Below are positions 48,541 through 61,469 of a stretch of 64,000 bases of DNA, piece after piece (position 1 is the stretch's first letter; the number at the start of each line of letters is the position of its first letter). This stretch comes from Podarcis cretensis. Lineage: Eukaryota. The notes beneath the pieces were generated by a model, which worked only from the letters and a program-made list of their open reading frames with translations, searched no databases and was not told the DNA's origin. The position numbers were made by a program, and so were the translations under genes. Location: positions 102,734,001 through 102,798,000 of the forward strand of contig OX638152.1 in assembly GCA_951804945.1 (NCBI GenBank). Reading direction: 5' to 3'.

Positions 48541-49740
48541 TTTGTCTGTTTTAAGTAAGCACTGCAAAGAGACATTTAAAAGACTCTACTACTACTACTA
48601 CTAATATCAGGGAGTTGATATGTGAATGATCTGAAGTGTATTAATTTTATAAATGGCAGCAACTCTCAAAGCTTTATTTGACAGTAGCAGAAAGGGTAAG
48701 GTTTGGCATGGCATTGGGGCCAGGATTAGTTCATCATTTCACAAACCTCATGTTGATGGAATGGGTTCACTGGGTTTGGACCGCCCTCAGCCCATTCCAT
48801 GGGAGTCTGCCAGGGCTGAACCTTGCCATGGTGCAAGCTGAGCAAGCAAGGTCTCACTGGGGGGCCAGGGGCAGATTGCAACCAGGCAGATACCCCAACC
48901 TGAGCTTGGGGGTGTATGCCCTCCCCCATACTATGTTGATCCTGGCCAATGACATTTCCGCTCTCATACAAACAAGGGAAGGTCATAATTTCACTGAGAG
49001 AAAGGTGGGACAAACCCCAAGCAAGAAAAAAAAATACTTTCAACTAGCGCCCCAAAATTGCTCAGTCAGTGAAGGCTACAATCTGAGGGTGAGCAGGAAA
49101 CTCTTGAGGCAATATGACCCTGAGTTCCAGGGGAAGCAGCCTTATATAGGCTTCCCCTTCCCCTTTGCTCACAGGACAGCTCTTCCCCATAAGCCCACCA
49201 CACACACAAGATAGCGGGCAAAACCTTGCCCAGCACTTTGCTGCAATCTATGGGCACCAGCGCTGTCTGGAAAAGGCACCCTGCACTTGTTGGCATGGAC
49301 TGAGTCTTGTGGGATATTAGGAGCTAATCATTAAGCTACCTTGTAAGAATCTGACAACACAGACCAGTTGATTTTTTTAAAAAAATCAAACTGCAGTGAA
49401 GCTATTTACCTTTAGAACATGTATTATGGATAAAATGCTAATGTAGATCTATGTTTCTCAAACTTCCGATAGCTCAGTCACATTTCACTCTGTGCCAAAA
49501 TGTTTAAAGTGTGTAACAGTCAGAACTGCCCGTCCTCCCAAAACTTCTGTATTTCTGCTTGAGGTTCTGAACTGGGCACTATTCATGCATGAAAAGAGAC
49601 ATATCCAGAGTTGTGACATACAGAGGTGTATGACAGTCTCTTCATAAGGCACCAGTTCTGTTGTTTGTCTGTATGGGGAGTGATTAGAACAGAGACCCAG
49701 CAGAATTTTCCACTTTCAGAGGAGGCTACGGGTGTCAATC

Positions 49741-49871
49741 ATATAGTTTCACTATTCTTTTCATGAAGATAAGGATAGGTTTATGTTATATATTTGCTGG
49801 AGCAAATATATAGTTTCACTATTCTTTTCATGAAGATAAGGATAGGTTTATGTTATATATTTGCTGGAGCA
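49741..49871. repeat. Perfect 64-bp tandem duplication with a 3-nt spacer
   Basis: 49741-49804 equals 49808-49871. Spacer is AAT. Confidence 0.93.
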
Positions 49872-51149
49872 TGTATGTGTGATGACTTATTACTGTTTCT
49901 TACTCTTCTTCCTTTTGAAATTGTGTTTAACATAATATGTACAATAAATATTAATGTTAAGACACACCTCACTTGGTTTTTCAAAATATCTTATCCACCT
50001 TCAGCCATGGGCAATATTGAAAGGACCTAGGAATCTGCTTTTTTTTTTTGCAAGCATTCCTCTGGCAACACATTTCTTGGTGCTAAATCCAGCCAAATTC
50101 AAATGAAAATCCACTCTCAGAGGTAAACAGAAAGCCTCCTTCTTGAAAATGTCAATTCATGCATACATCTGTTCCATTCATCACATTCATGAGGTTAAGG
50201 TGGGCAGGGCAAACAATCTGAATAAACAATGGCAAAATTCATCTGTTGTATGTCCAGGTATACCCAGTGGCTTATGTTATGCCAGACACAGACTGCAAGA
50301 ACTATTCAAAGATGGGAAACTGAGATTGAATTCTCAGAAGAAAAAGTTCCTCTAGAAAACTGATTGCATTTCGTGAGCCTGTCATGCTAACTTTCTCTGC
50401 CAATAATCTGTACAGATTGACCCTAATGATTTGAGTGTTGAATTCAATTATGTCACTTGATCCTTTCAGTGGTCCTCCTCCACCCAATTGCATACCTTGA
50501 ATTGCTTTGTTCACTCATGAGTGAACAATATCACCTGTTTTGAATATAGTGACAACATTGCCATAGAATATTTCTACCACCTTGGGTAGCTTCAGAATGC
50601 TAAATAAAGTTTCTGGATATGCTCATGGACTTAAGGATGATGGAGGTCAATGAACCCAACATATTTTACTATTTCCTTCATCCCACTGAGTTATGGTAGA
50701 AGTTTTGTGTTGTCATTACTCAACAGCATGCAATGACTTTTACTAGTTCAATGGTCCAAGGATATAGAATATTGGGACTAACCCTTCAATTGCAACATGG
50801 AACACTGAATGCCCCTACTGTATGGAAGGACCACCCCACCATCACCTTTATGTGTCAGAAAGTGGATGTGGAGGGTACTTAAACCAGAACCATGCCAATG
50901 CATAGTTGTTGATGATACCCCTGCTGTTTTCACCAATCTGCATCTGTAGCATTGAATCATAAATGTGCATAATACTGGTATCAACACCCCCACTCCATTG
51001 TGATCTCCCAACAAAAAAAAAGTAATGGTGGGCTGGCCACTCACCTTTCTGTTGCCATGTCATGGGTGCCTGCTGCCACAGGTTCTGCAAACATCTTACT
51101 TTCACATACACACATACATAGCAATGAGGTCTGCACTGGAAGTGATCAA

Positions 51150-51865
51150 CTAGGAAGGAGAATGTGGAGATGACTAGATACCTCAAACAGAGGTCAAGAA
51201 ATTGAAGAGAGCAAATTCCATGCTGTAGATTATTAGGAAAGGGATTGATGGTAAAATTGTCACTATAATTATGCAAAACTCTTATGCAAAACTTTCATCA
51301 TGCCTGTGGGGTTCTGGTTGCCTCATCTCAGAAAGAACATCATACAGTTGAAAAAGGTTCAGAAAGCTGGAGCAGCTTCCACAACTGTTTTTTTGCTCTT
51401 TAATTTAAAATAGAAAAGAGTGGTAATGTTAACAGGTTTATAAAATTCTGCATGATCTGGAAATAACGCCCCCCCCCCAAAAAAAAAAATCCAGTGAAGT
51501 TGGTTGCAGTCAATTCAGAGAAGACAAAAAAGAAGTAGCCTTTTCATACAATGTGTAATAAATTTATGGAATTTGTCTTCACAATATGTGATTATGGCAA
51601 CTGTCTTAAATGGCTTTAACATGCAATTGGATGCCTTTATGACTGGTAAATCTATGAATAGTAACCATAATATTTGAATGGAAGCTAGATTCAAAAGTGG
51701 TCTTCCTCTGAACAGCAGCTGCTACTTGTGGAGCAGGTAACATGGGAGTGGGCTGTGAACTTCATGCTTTGCTGTGGGAAGCAACTGCCTTGCCACAGTC
51801 AGAAACAGCAGGCTGGATTGCATGCTTCTTGGTCTGATCCAGCAGGTCTCCTCTTATATTCTTAT
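51150..51865 (+). mobile_element. Old CR1 LINE 3' region
   Basis: GGATTGA..GTAAA, TTCTGGTTGCCTCATCTCA, GAAAAAGGTTCAGAAA and a 3' end TGGTCTGATCCAGCAGG..CTTATATTCTTATG. Confidence 0.7.
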
Positions 51866-52722
51866 GGAAAACTTAAAAACTGGCTATAGCTTGCAAAATT
51901 TCTCAAGCGAGAATTCTGTAGGTCATTGTTAAATGCTGTCTAAAGTGAAATGTGAAAGAAATTTGGGTGATATTCCAGATAAGATGGCTGGAGAATTAAA
52001 ATGAAAGGTAACATAACTCTTCTGAGAAGTCATGAGCATCACTAGTTGCCATTCAGATGTGCAAACCATCCATTACTTCACCACTTTCATCCCAATCAGG
52101 CACATGCATGCTATGAAAGCATTGACACACTGTGAGATTAGTTGCACAGTGCAGTGTTAGCCATTGTTTTCATAATTTATTTAATTTATTTATTTAATTG
52201 AATATTATAGATCAAATTAAACCAAGCAAAAACCTAGGATTATGCCATTGTAGAGTTGCTGTCATGCTAATTCCATTTATATCCATAAATCAGATTAATT
52301 AGATGTTCAAACAAAACCCAGACTAATACCAAATAAATAGATTAATAAAAGAATATAATCAGAGTTTCTGCAGTTGTTGATATAATGGATCATTTGGATA
52401 TTTAAAAGGAGCTCTCTCTTCCCTCATCTCCGCCTCCCACAGTGGCATCTTACTTAAGTGAGGTATTTCGCTCTTGCAAAGCTCCTTCCCTAACAAGCTG
52501 GAATTGGAAACTACTGGTAATTTATGCCCTCTGATTACAAGTTAGAACTCCCAGTCACAACCTAACGCTTCCTTTGCCTGCAGAGGTATATGTGCATGTG
52601 TATGTGTATGTGTATGTCTGGCCAGAAGAAGTACCGCAAAGGATCATGGTTTGGCTTGTGCCCTTCTGACAAGCCCCAAATACCTCTAGGATCTGTCTGA
52701 ATCCTGTACTCAGCTGTACTAC

Positions 52723-52726
<4 letters not shown>

Positions 52727-52762
<36 letters not shown>
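52727..52762. repeat. (AC)n microsatellite
   Basis: Read directly from the sequence. Confidence 0.95.
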
Positions 52763-52764
<2 letters not shown>

Positions 52765-53790
52765 TTGGAGTTTGGTATATATTGCAGCTGAGTATAAAAC
52801 TTGACAGCCTCTTATGACTTCTGCTTGCAAGTATAAAAAAAGATTAAGATGGCTGACAAGTGGCCATCCTGGAGGTTCAACGCTGAGGAGAAGGAAACAA
52901 ATAAAACCTGAGAGAAAAAGCTACAAGTGGGTTACTTAAGAAGAAACTGAGGAAGAAGAGGCTGCCTTCCTGTCTATCACACCATCATCTCCAATTCAGG
53001 TAACTTATTGCAAGCATTGTTTTTTTACTCACAACTCACCTACTTAGCTTTATATGCACACATTTAACCACAAGTTACAATGGTTCTATATATCAAAAAA
53101 GTTCTTATGGCTTTCTCCATCACTGGAATGTAATTCGTGAGAAAAAGTATTTGCTAGTAGTCCCTATCAGTGTTAGTTCTGGGTTTTGAAGGACGAACAG
53201 ATAAGATGATATCAGTGGGCCACCCTCCTTTTCACCATTGCCTATTCACTTGTTCTCTTTCTCTGGACCTAATCCACCCAGTTACCATACGAAAGGTGAG
53301 CATAGGCTGCTGTTCCTTCACCTGTCATCAATATTTACTTACTTAGAGGCGAACAGGCAGAGACATCATGGAAGGATAGTAGTTCCAGGAATGGGCCCCT
53401 TCCTGGGATGTGAACCTCAGAAGGTGACTTCAGCAGTCCTGCCATTATGCTGGACCTAGCCTTTCTTTCAGAACTATAATTCCCAGGATCAGCTGGGTAA
53501 GGGGCATGACTGCAAAGCTAGCATCAGTCAAAATGCTAGGACCGTAAAAAATGTCCAAAGAATAAAGGTTTATGCTATGCTATTTAATGGGACCAGCAGT
53601 TGCATCAATAGTAGAGCCTCTTAGTAAGTTCATCTGCACAGTCTCATTCAGATTTTTCAGAACTGTAGAATATCTTGTTTCAATCGGAAGTAAACAATGC
53701 AGCCTCCCAAGGGATTGTGTCAAAGGTCATTAGCTCTATGAGATGTTTAAAAACACTGAGTGCTAGGAAAGGTCCCCTTATTTGCTAAGG

Positions 53791-54129
53791 CAGAGGTCGG
53801 CAACCTAAGGCCCATGGCTGGTTCCATCCCAGAGGCTGGTGGTGGCGGCAGCGGAGGAGGAACGAGCAGCCTGAAAGCAGCCCTTTGGGGCTGCTCGTTC
53901 CTCCGCCACCACTGCAGCCACCAGCCTCTGCCTCTTGGCAGCACCCTAGGTAGGCAGGGGGACAGGAAGGGCTGGGGAGAGAGGGGGGGAGAAGCCCCCT
54001 CTGCCATATGCGTATGTGCGTGCGCACGCACGCACGCATGCACACACACACACACACATGCACTCTGGCCAACCAGGAGGTTTGTGCTGCAGTGAACTGG
54101 CCCACCCCAAAAAAGGTCGCTGACCCCTG
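53791..54129. mobile_element. Non-autonomous hAT (Charlie-like) element
   Basis: TIRs CAGAGGTCGGCAACC / GGTCGCTGACCCCTG. 8-bp TSD TGCTAAGG / TGCTAAGA (7 of 8 match). Confidence 0.85.
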
Positions 54130-54794
54130 TGCTAAGACATCCATTGTCTCTCCCATCCATGAATTAGACTGTATGCTACTTCTAAGACTTTGTCATGTAT
54201 GCAAAGATGAAAATGCTCTGGAATTTTTTGTTAGCATCAATACTTAATGACTATATAGCGAAGAAACCTAGACTCACTTAAGGTATAATGCAACATATTT
54301 AATATTGCATACAAATCTTACTGTTGTCTGTGGTGCTGTAGCAGTGATGAATGCTCAAGAGAATTGTAAAAAGTTTTGCTTTTTTAAAAGATGCCTTATC
54401 AGTTAACTTATTCTCAGTAACAAGCAATTTTCACATATGAACCAAACTGGAAATGCATCAATAAAATACAAAATATACAGTGAAAAAGGAAATTGTAAAG
54501 CTAGGAGAAAACAATTTGCCTATAATATATAAATGTCCTATGATCTCTTGAATTGTACATTAAACCAATGCTAGTTAGGTTGCTATTGCAAGTAAATCAT
54601 TGATTATAGTTATATCCCATAAGGTTGTAGCTTTCCTAGTGGTCTCCTATCAAGGCACTGTCTGGAGCTGGAACCAGCCCCCTCCCCAACCGTGCTGCCA
54701 CATGGTTTAGTTAATCTTTAGAAGTAGTCAAACAGGATAGAACAGTTGCTGTTTGTGGGTTCACTATTCAATTTAGGTATGACTATTCACCAAA

Positions 54795-55158
54795 GGGACG
54801 CAGGTGGCGCTGTGGGTTAAAGCCTCAGCGCCTAGGGCTTGCCGATCGAAAGGTCGGCGGTTCGAATAGCTGCGGCGGGGTGCGCTCCCGCTGCTCGGTC
54901 CCAGCGCCTGCCAACCTAGCAGTTCGAAAGCACCTCCGGGTGCAAGTAGATAAATAGGGACCGCTTACCAGCGGGAAGGTAAACGGCGTTTCCGTGTGCG
55001 GCTCTGGCTCGCCAGAGCAGCGATGTCACGCTGGCCACGTGACCCGGAAGTGTCTCCGGACAGCGCTGGCCCCTGGCCTCTTAAGTGAGATGGGCGCACA
55101 ACCCCAGAGTCTGTCAAGACTGGCCCGTACGGGCAGGGGTACCTTTACCTTTACCTTT
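54795..55158 (+). mobile_element. Young Sauria SINE, full length
   Basis: Near-identical to 38656-39015. B box altered (GGTTCGAATAGC), (ACCTTT)3 tail, no clear TSD. Confidence 0.96.
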
Positions 55159-55329
55159 AAATGCCCACAGTTAGATACAGGGTCCATTGTGCTAGGAGAT
55201 TTTACATTCACTACAAAGAAACAAGCAAAGTCACACTTTTCTCTCTCACTGTCCCCCTTCCTGGAAGTGCTCTCCATGAAGACTAGAGAGAGAATAATGC
55301 CCTTTTTTCTTTTTAATCGAGGGGGAAAG

Positions 55330-55927
55330 AAATATTAGGAAATATCAAGTTTATACAATTCATTAATCTGATGGTACTGTAACCATCCATCCAGTTTATC
55401 TTTAATTTGATCAAATGGTCTCAGTTTTAATCCATCCTTATTTTCCAACAGTAAATCATTGTATCTCAACCATTTGGTCTCCATTTTTCTGAGCCTTAGC
55501 CTCCATCAGTGATAGCCACCAGGGAGTTTTCCTTTCTAAGACATCTTTATATCTTATCCAAACATTATAAAGAGATTTTCTAATTACATGATTCTTAAAC
55601 CCTTTATGTGCCGATATCTTATCATACCATAAATATGCCTGCCAACCAAATACATTGTCGAAACCTTCCAAGTCTAACACATCTGCATTCTCAAGTTGTA
55701 TCCATTCCTTAATCCAGCAGAAGGCCACAGCTTCAAAATATATCTTCAAATCTGGCAAGGAAAATCCCCCTCTTTCTTTTGTATCCGTTAGTATTTTATA
55801 TTTAATTCTGGGTTCCCCCCCCCCCCCCGCCACATAAATTTAGACAGTGCCTTCTGCCATTCCTTAAAACATCTTATGTTGTCAAGGATAGGTAGAGCTT
55901 GGAATAAAAACAACATTTTTGGCAATA
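55330..55927 (-). mobile_element. L1 ORF2 internal fragment
   Basis: KERGGFSLPDLKIYFEA..CWIKEWI.LEN.D.LDLEG...KTPWWLS is homologous to 33300-33890. Confidence 0.9.
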
Positions 55928-56901
55928 ATAAAACTCCCTTTTTATGGCTGATGCTATGTTAAGATACATTTTGGCACAGCACTCATAATCTGAACACCCA
56001 GTAAATTTACTTGCCTTCCCTCAAAAAAAGAAACATGTGCATTTCCTTGGGGGGGGGTGTGTGTTTAGCGTAAGTGGTTGCATCTCAAGTTTTGCTTTCA
56101 AATTTTTGATTCTTAAATATGAATGTTGTTGTTTTTTATTGTGAGGAGTGGAATATTTCATCATCAAAATCAGAATTAGTTTTCTAAAAATTCAGTTTTT
56201 GTTTCCTTTTTTCCCCTTCCATTGTTCATCTAGGTTTATTTTTTCTTCCTAGCTCCATCCAAAACTTTTCTTAACATCAGTCCTACCAGAAATATCTATA
56301 ACTGTGCACAATAAGACTTTCCCACAAAGAACGATTGAGCTTGCGAGCAGCCTTATATTTTAAGTGAATGAAATAGTACTCACATGAGAGTTCGCCTAAA
56401 GAATGCCAATGAACAGAGATATGATTGAATAAAATGGTAGTTCAGGTGTGGATGAATGTGCTTGCATATATCCTTCTGCACTAACCTAGCTGTAGTTATA
56501 GCTGCAACCAAATCAATGTAAATGTATTTGCATACTCCAACAGCTAATCTCATGCAACATATTCCATTGATCTAAAACAGTTTGAGTGGCCAGGTAAGAC
56601 ACTTAAATAAATTCAACAGTCCTAGAAAATTAACTAGAGATACAGAAAAGTAATAGAAAATTAGGACTGAATTAGACTGAAATGTTAATCTGAACCATAT
56701 CTTTATTTTTATGCTTACTAAGAGAATATTAATGTCATCAGAAAAGGAGATCACCTGGGAGTAAAAAATATGCCAATCCCACCCAGGACTGCTATAAAAT
56801 TGTATAGATAGGAAACAATGTTTCTGATTTTTATTTCACAGTTGCAATGGGGAGGTGAGGACACTCACACTTTGTCAACTTTTTTCTTCCTTTGTGCACA
56901 G

Positions 56902-57681
56902 TGTAAGTAAGGTAGTATTGGATGCCACCCCAATCTCACAATGGGGCAAGATTCCAGGGGTCCCAGGCACTTACCCAGAGTTTATGGGGTTTTTTTAATG
57001 GAACACAGTGGAGACAGTGGTGTCTTTATTATATATGGTTTATTTAAAAAGGTAAAGGTAAAGGTACCCCTGCCCGTACGGGCCAGTCTTGACAGACTCT
57101 GGGGTTGTGTGCCCATCTCACTCAAGAGGCCAGGGGCCAGCGCTGTCCGGAGACACTTCCGGGTCACGTGGCCAGTGTGACGAAGCTGCTCTGGCGAGCC
57201 AGAGCCGCACACGGAAACGCCGTTTACCTTCCCGCTGGTAAGCGGTCCCTATTTATCTACTTGCACCCGGAGGTGCTTTTGAACTGCTAGGTTGGCAGGC
57301 GCTGGGACCGAGCAGCGGGAGCGCACCCCACCGCAGGGATTCGAACCGCCGACCTTTCGATCGGCAAGTCCTAGGCGCTGAGGCTTTAACCCACAGCGCC
57401 ACCTGTGGGTTATTTACATATATATAAAACCCAAGCCTACGACTCTCTAAGCTTCTAGCTCACAAGGCTCATAACTCTCTAAATTCTGGCTTCATCTGTT
57501 GAGGGAGGGGCCCCACCCAGGAGGGGTCCCACCCATTTGCCGTCTCCCACAGAGTTTTTTAATCCCTTTGTTCTCTTAATGTCCCATCACTCAGGCGATT
57601 GCCTGAACACAGGAAGCTATCTTGCTTGTTTAGCTTTTAACATCTGTTGGGTCCAGGGATCAGAGAGGTCTGGCACTTACA
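56902..57681. mobile_element. Probable solo LTR containing a Sauria SINE
   Basis: Inverted termini TGTAAGT...ACTTACA, with minus-strand AATAAA and TATA-like motifs. TSD not convincing. Confidence 0.45.
57048..57407 (-). mobile_element. Young Sauria SINE
   Basis: Near-identical to the other young copies and lacks the first few 5' nt. Flanked by TTATTTA on both sides. Confidence 0.95.
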
Positions 57682-59212
57682 ACCTCATAACAGTCTTATA
57701 GTTTTACAAAATACTATCCTCTCTGCTATGGTGGATGGCAATGAAAACTTACCGTCAAATTGCAGGGAGGTCGATGGGAGTTCTATAAAGTGAAGACATC
57801 TGTGCAGGCCACATGCAATGAATACAAATGGAGAAATGTAAGCAGTTTCATATGTCTTCTATGCTTCAGAAAACACTTGCTCTGAGATCTGGCATTTAAT
57901 GTAACATAATCATAGTTGATTGGACAACTTTAGACATAATTACGGTATTCAAAGAGTATATGGGACTGTATCTGTAACATTTCAAGACCCTCGTGAATTT
58001 ATTGAAGGACACTTTTTTGTTGTTGGTTCCCTCCAAATTTCACAGACATATTGTTTAAGGAGGAAATCTCACATTATTATTTTTATGGATACTATTTGTC
58101 TAAAATAGTTTATACTAAAGTAAACATTCCTGTGATGACTCTAGTGTAAATCCATACACCAAAAAAGAAATAACATAGCAAATGTGAGTTTCCTTGCTGC
58201 TGTGCCCGAACACCCTGACATGAAGATTTGATAAACAGCGATGACTGCATTCCTTGTCATTTTCTCCCATTTTATTAGTCTCCATATGTCACAAGAATTT
58301 CAGGCATGGTAATTTATCATAAGAAGGAGATCTAACACAACAATAATAAACACGACTATAGCCTCAGCTATCACACAATGACATTATTTGTGCCTTCCTG
58401 TTTGCCATCAGAATCATTTTTCACAATGCCCTTAGTCATACTCAAGTAATAGCTCTGTGCATTCATTTACTGATATTCATTCTTCAAAGCTTCATTGGGG
58501 TAACATAGATATTGCCCACAGGTATACGTGGGGGGTGTGTGTCCCAGGTTACACAAATTACTTAGTGTTAGAGCTGGAAGGGGGTCTCACCCAGGTTTTA
58601 ATCCAACTAAGTTATCTTCTTTCAAGGATTGTCTGAAATAAATGGGAAATATGATAACTAAGACCTGTGTATATTTGGAGCCAGTCTCATACAGCTTTCA
58701 TCTCCTTCCTGCCATGTTCAAGACAAAGGATAGTTTGGGCATAATCTAGCTAAAGTGAGTCCAACTGAAAGCAGTAGAGCTGGACTTGTTGCTTGGCTCA
58801 GAAGCATATGTGTACCAGATGAAAGAGTTCATAAGTATTAACTTCCAAGTAAGGGAGCAATCCTATTGAAAAATCTGCTGGAATTAGCAGCTTAGGAAGC
58901 AGTGGAACTCTGGATCAAGTGGCTGATGAATATCTCAACTGGTGTTATGTCCCTCACCCTGGATCAGCGGAAGATACGCTGGTATAACTTGCTCTTCGTG
59001 GCTCAACCAGGGCTCAGTTGGCTGAGCCCAGGCTGGTGTAAGTCTCCCAAAAGGGGTTGGGGGAGGTGGCTTAGGTCAAATCCTAAGCACATTTAACTCA
59101 GTCACATGACCTGGCAAAAGGGAATAAAACATTCCTTTAAGAACTTGTTTCTCCTCTGCCAGGCTTAGGCAAAGCCAGCAGCCCTGTTACTGAACGAGGT
59201 TTGGATCTAGTG

Positions 59213-59991
59213 CAGAGTTTCCCAAACTTGAATCTCCAGCTGTTTTTGGACTACAATTCCCATCATCCCTGAGCACTGGTCCTGCTAGCTAGGGATGATG
59301 GGAGTTGTAGTCCAACAACAGCTGGATAGCTCATAACCCACCTACTCTCAGCAGCCAGAAACATCATAGCCAGACACTGGGGAGACCTGTCAGGAGTAAG
59401 CATGGACCAATGGTACCAAATAGTATGGGAAAAAGTTTTATTAGAAAAACTAACCATTAAACTGAAACTGACATGGGGACAAATAGAAGAAGACACCTTC
59501 ACCCCGGTATGGCTCCCCTTTATCACATACACAGCCCAACAAGACAACGACAAGAATCCACCAACAGCATACAAATCAATTTGGATAACCTGATTCATGA
59601 ACACCCACCCACCCCACTCACACATGAAAACAAAGTTCACCACAGCCAATCACAAACAAACAACCACACCCTAGGCCAACCCCAACCTCTCTCACCACCA
59701 ATAAAATACAAGCAAATAGAAAAGAGAACTCGCACAAGCGATGCTGACACAAAACCCCACACATACATTAAGTAAAATAGAAACATTGCCACCCCACCCA
59801 CCATGGTCCCCTCCACCTCTTTTCCCCTTTTCTTCCTAATGGAACACTAATATTAGTCTCAACAAATGAAACTGATCTGTAGAAAATGTAACTTGGGGGG
59901 GGGGAATTGCACATACTTTTGTAAACCAAGACATCTTTAATAAAATACGTTAAAAATAAAACAGCTGGATACCCAAGTTTGGGAAACCCTG
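59213..59991. mobile_element. Palindromic hAT MITE split by an L1 insertion
   Basis: CAGAGTTTCCCAAACTTG...CAAGTTTGGGAAACCCTG termini, with the same core as 28993-29111. Confidence 0.88.
59329..59959 (+). mobile_element. L1-clade LINE 3' end, second family
   Basis: LLSAARNIIARHW...QWYQIVW...W.PFI is the ORF2 C-terminus, followed by a 3'UTR and AATAAA/A-rich tail. 12-bp TSD AACAGCTGGATA at 59317-59328 and 59960-59971. Confidence 0.88.
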
Positions 59992-61469
59992 TAGTGTACC
60001 TTTACATCAGATCCAAAATCCATTCAGGGCTGCTGCTCTGCTTGAGTCTGGCAAAGGAAAAACAAGCCTCTAAAACAATTTCTTGTACTGGGTTTTCAGC
60101 TCATGTGACAGAGCTGAATGGATTTAGGATTGAGCCTAATTCAACCCTCTTATGCCAGGTTATTGTGCATAGGATTGTTCTCTACGTGTGCATAGGACTG
60201 GGGTCTTGAGGATGATAAAAGAGTGCATTCCCTGCAGCTGGGTTTTGATTTGTAGATGTCTGCACCGACTCTTCATTACTATCCTATCTAGTTCAAACCT
60301 CCTTTGACAGAAGGTAATACTGAGATGAAAATATCTCAGATGTCTCACTGGACATCTACAATGATACAATATTCATTTTTCATACAGATTCTTTCCTCAT
60401 TTAGCTCTGACAAACAGGACTTAAGTATGTATCTTTATTTTCTTACTCATTACATTCAGCAATATTGCTCGCTTTCCAGTCTCTCAATGGCTATATCTAA
60501 TGAAAATCTGTGTTTTTCTGAATGTACTGGGGCCTTAGCAGTTACTGCTCAGGATTATCAGTTGACAAACAGCTTTGGAATTTATGCAAGGAAAAAGGAA
60601 GGAAGGAATCTGTATCTGAGGAAAATAGTTTGGGAACTTTTGCCAGGGTTCTCTGCCAAGTAATATCATTTAGAATTCACTGCTGAGACGCTGGTATTTT
60701 AGCCAAGCATTGATTACTTTTTGGATAATCCTCTTTGCAGCCAGCAAGATGGGCATCATAATATCCATGAAATATTTCCTAGGTTAGATGCCATTTTAAG
60801 GCAGCCAAAGCATGTCATCATATTAAGGAGGGGGAGGGGAGGAAAGGAGAAGCACCTTGCATCAGTGCAAAACTGTGATCCAGAACTATGAATCCAAGCC
60901 TGCAGAAGAATTGAACATGCACTTGTACGGTGTAGGGATGGCTGAATCTACCAATTTTGGTTTTGCTCAGTTTCTCATTATTCTAATCTCAAATTCAGTT
61001 CTCCACATGCTTAAATCAGTTTGCATTTTTTTTATTAAAAAAAATCCTCCTGAAAACCTGTCAACATTTCAGTGTGAATTTCTGACACCACCCCCCCCCC
61101 GTCAAAAAAATGTTCTCTGTACTTAGAATGCACACCAGGGATAAGCATTCCTATGCATGTCTACTCAAAAGGAAGTTCCATTACTCTCAGGTTAGTTTGT
61201 GCACTGCTCTGTGCCTACCCTCATTTATGAGTCCAGGCTCGCTTATTTGGGAGAAATACATTGGGAGAAATGTATTCCAATTAGCACAATAAAATAACAT
61301 ACAAAAGTAACCCACCCCACTCTGTGCTGAGTGGTAGCAAGATTCCAGGTGGGTTCCTGGTGTGCACTCTAGGTCTGTGGTCCTTTGAGAATCAAGAGAC
61401 TGTCGAAGCTTTAAGAAATGTGATTTAATCACAAATGGAGTCCAGCATGATCATATCAAGAAGAAGGGC

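Noticed and set aside
48678-49214. 178-aa ORF
   Set aside because: Non-ATG start, overlaps a probable repeat, and has no recognisable motif.
51045-51084. Possible 40-nt minus-strand exon with a perfect AAG|GTGAGT donor
   Set aside because: Weak polypyrimidine tract, length not a multiple of 3, unrecognised peptide, and no supporting partner exons.
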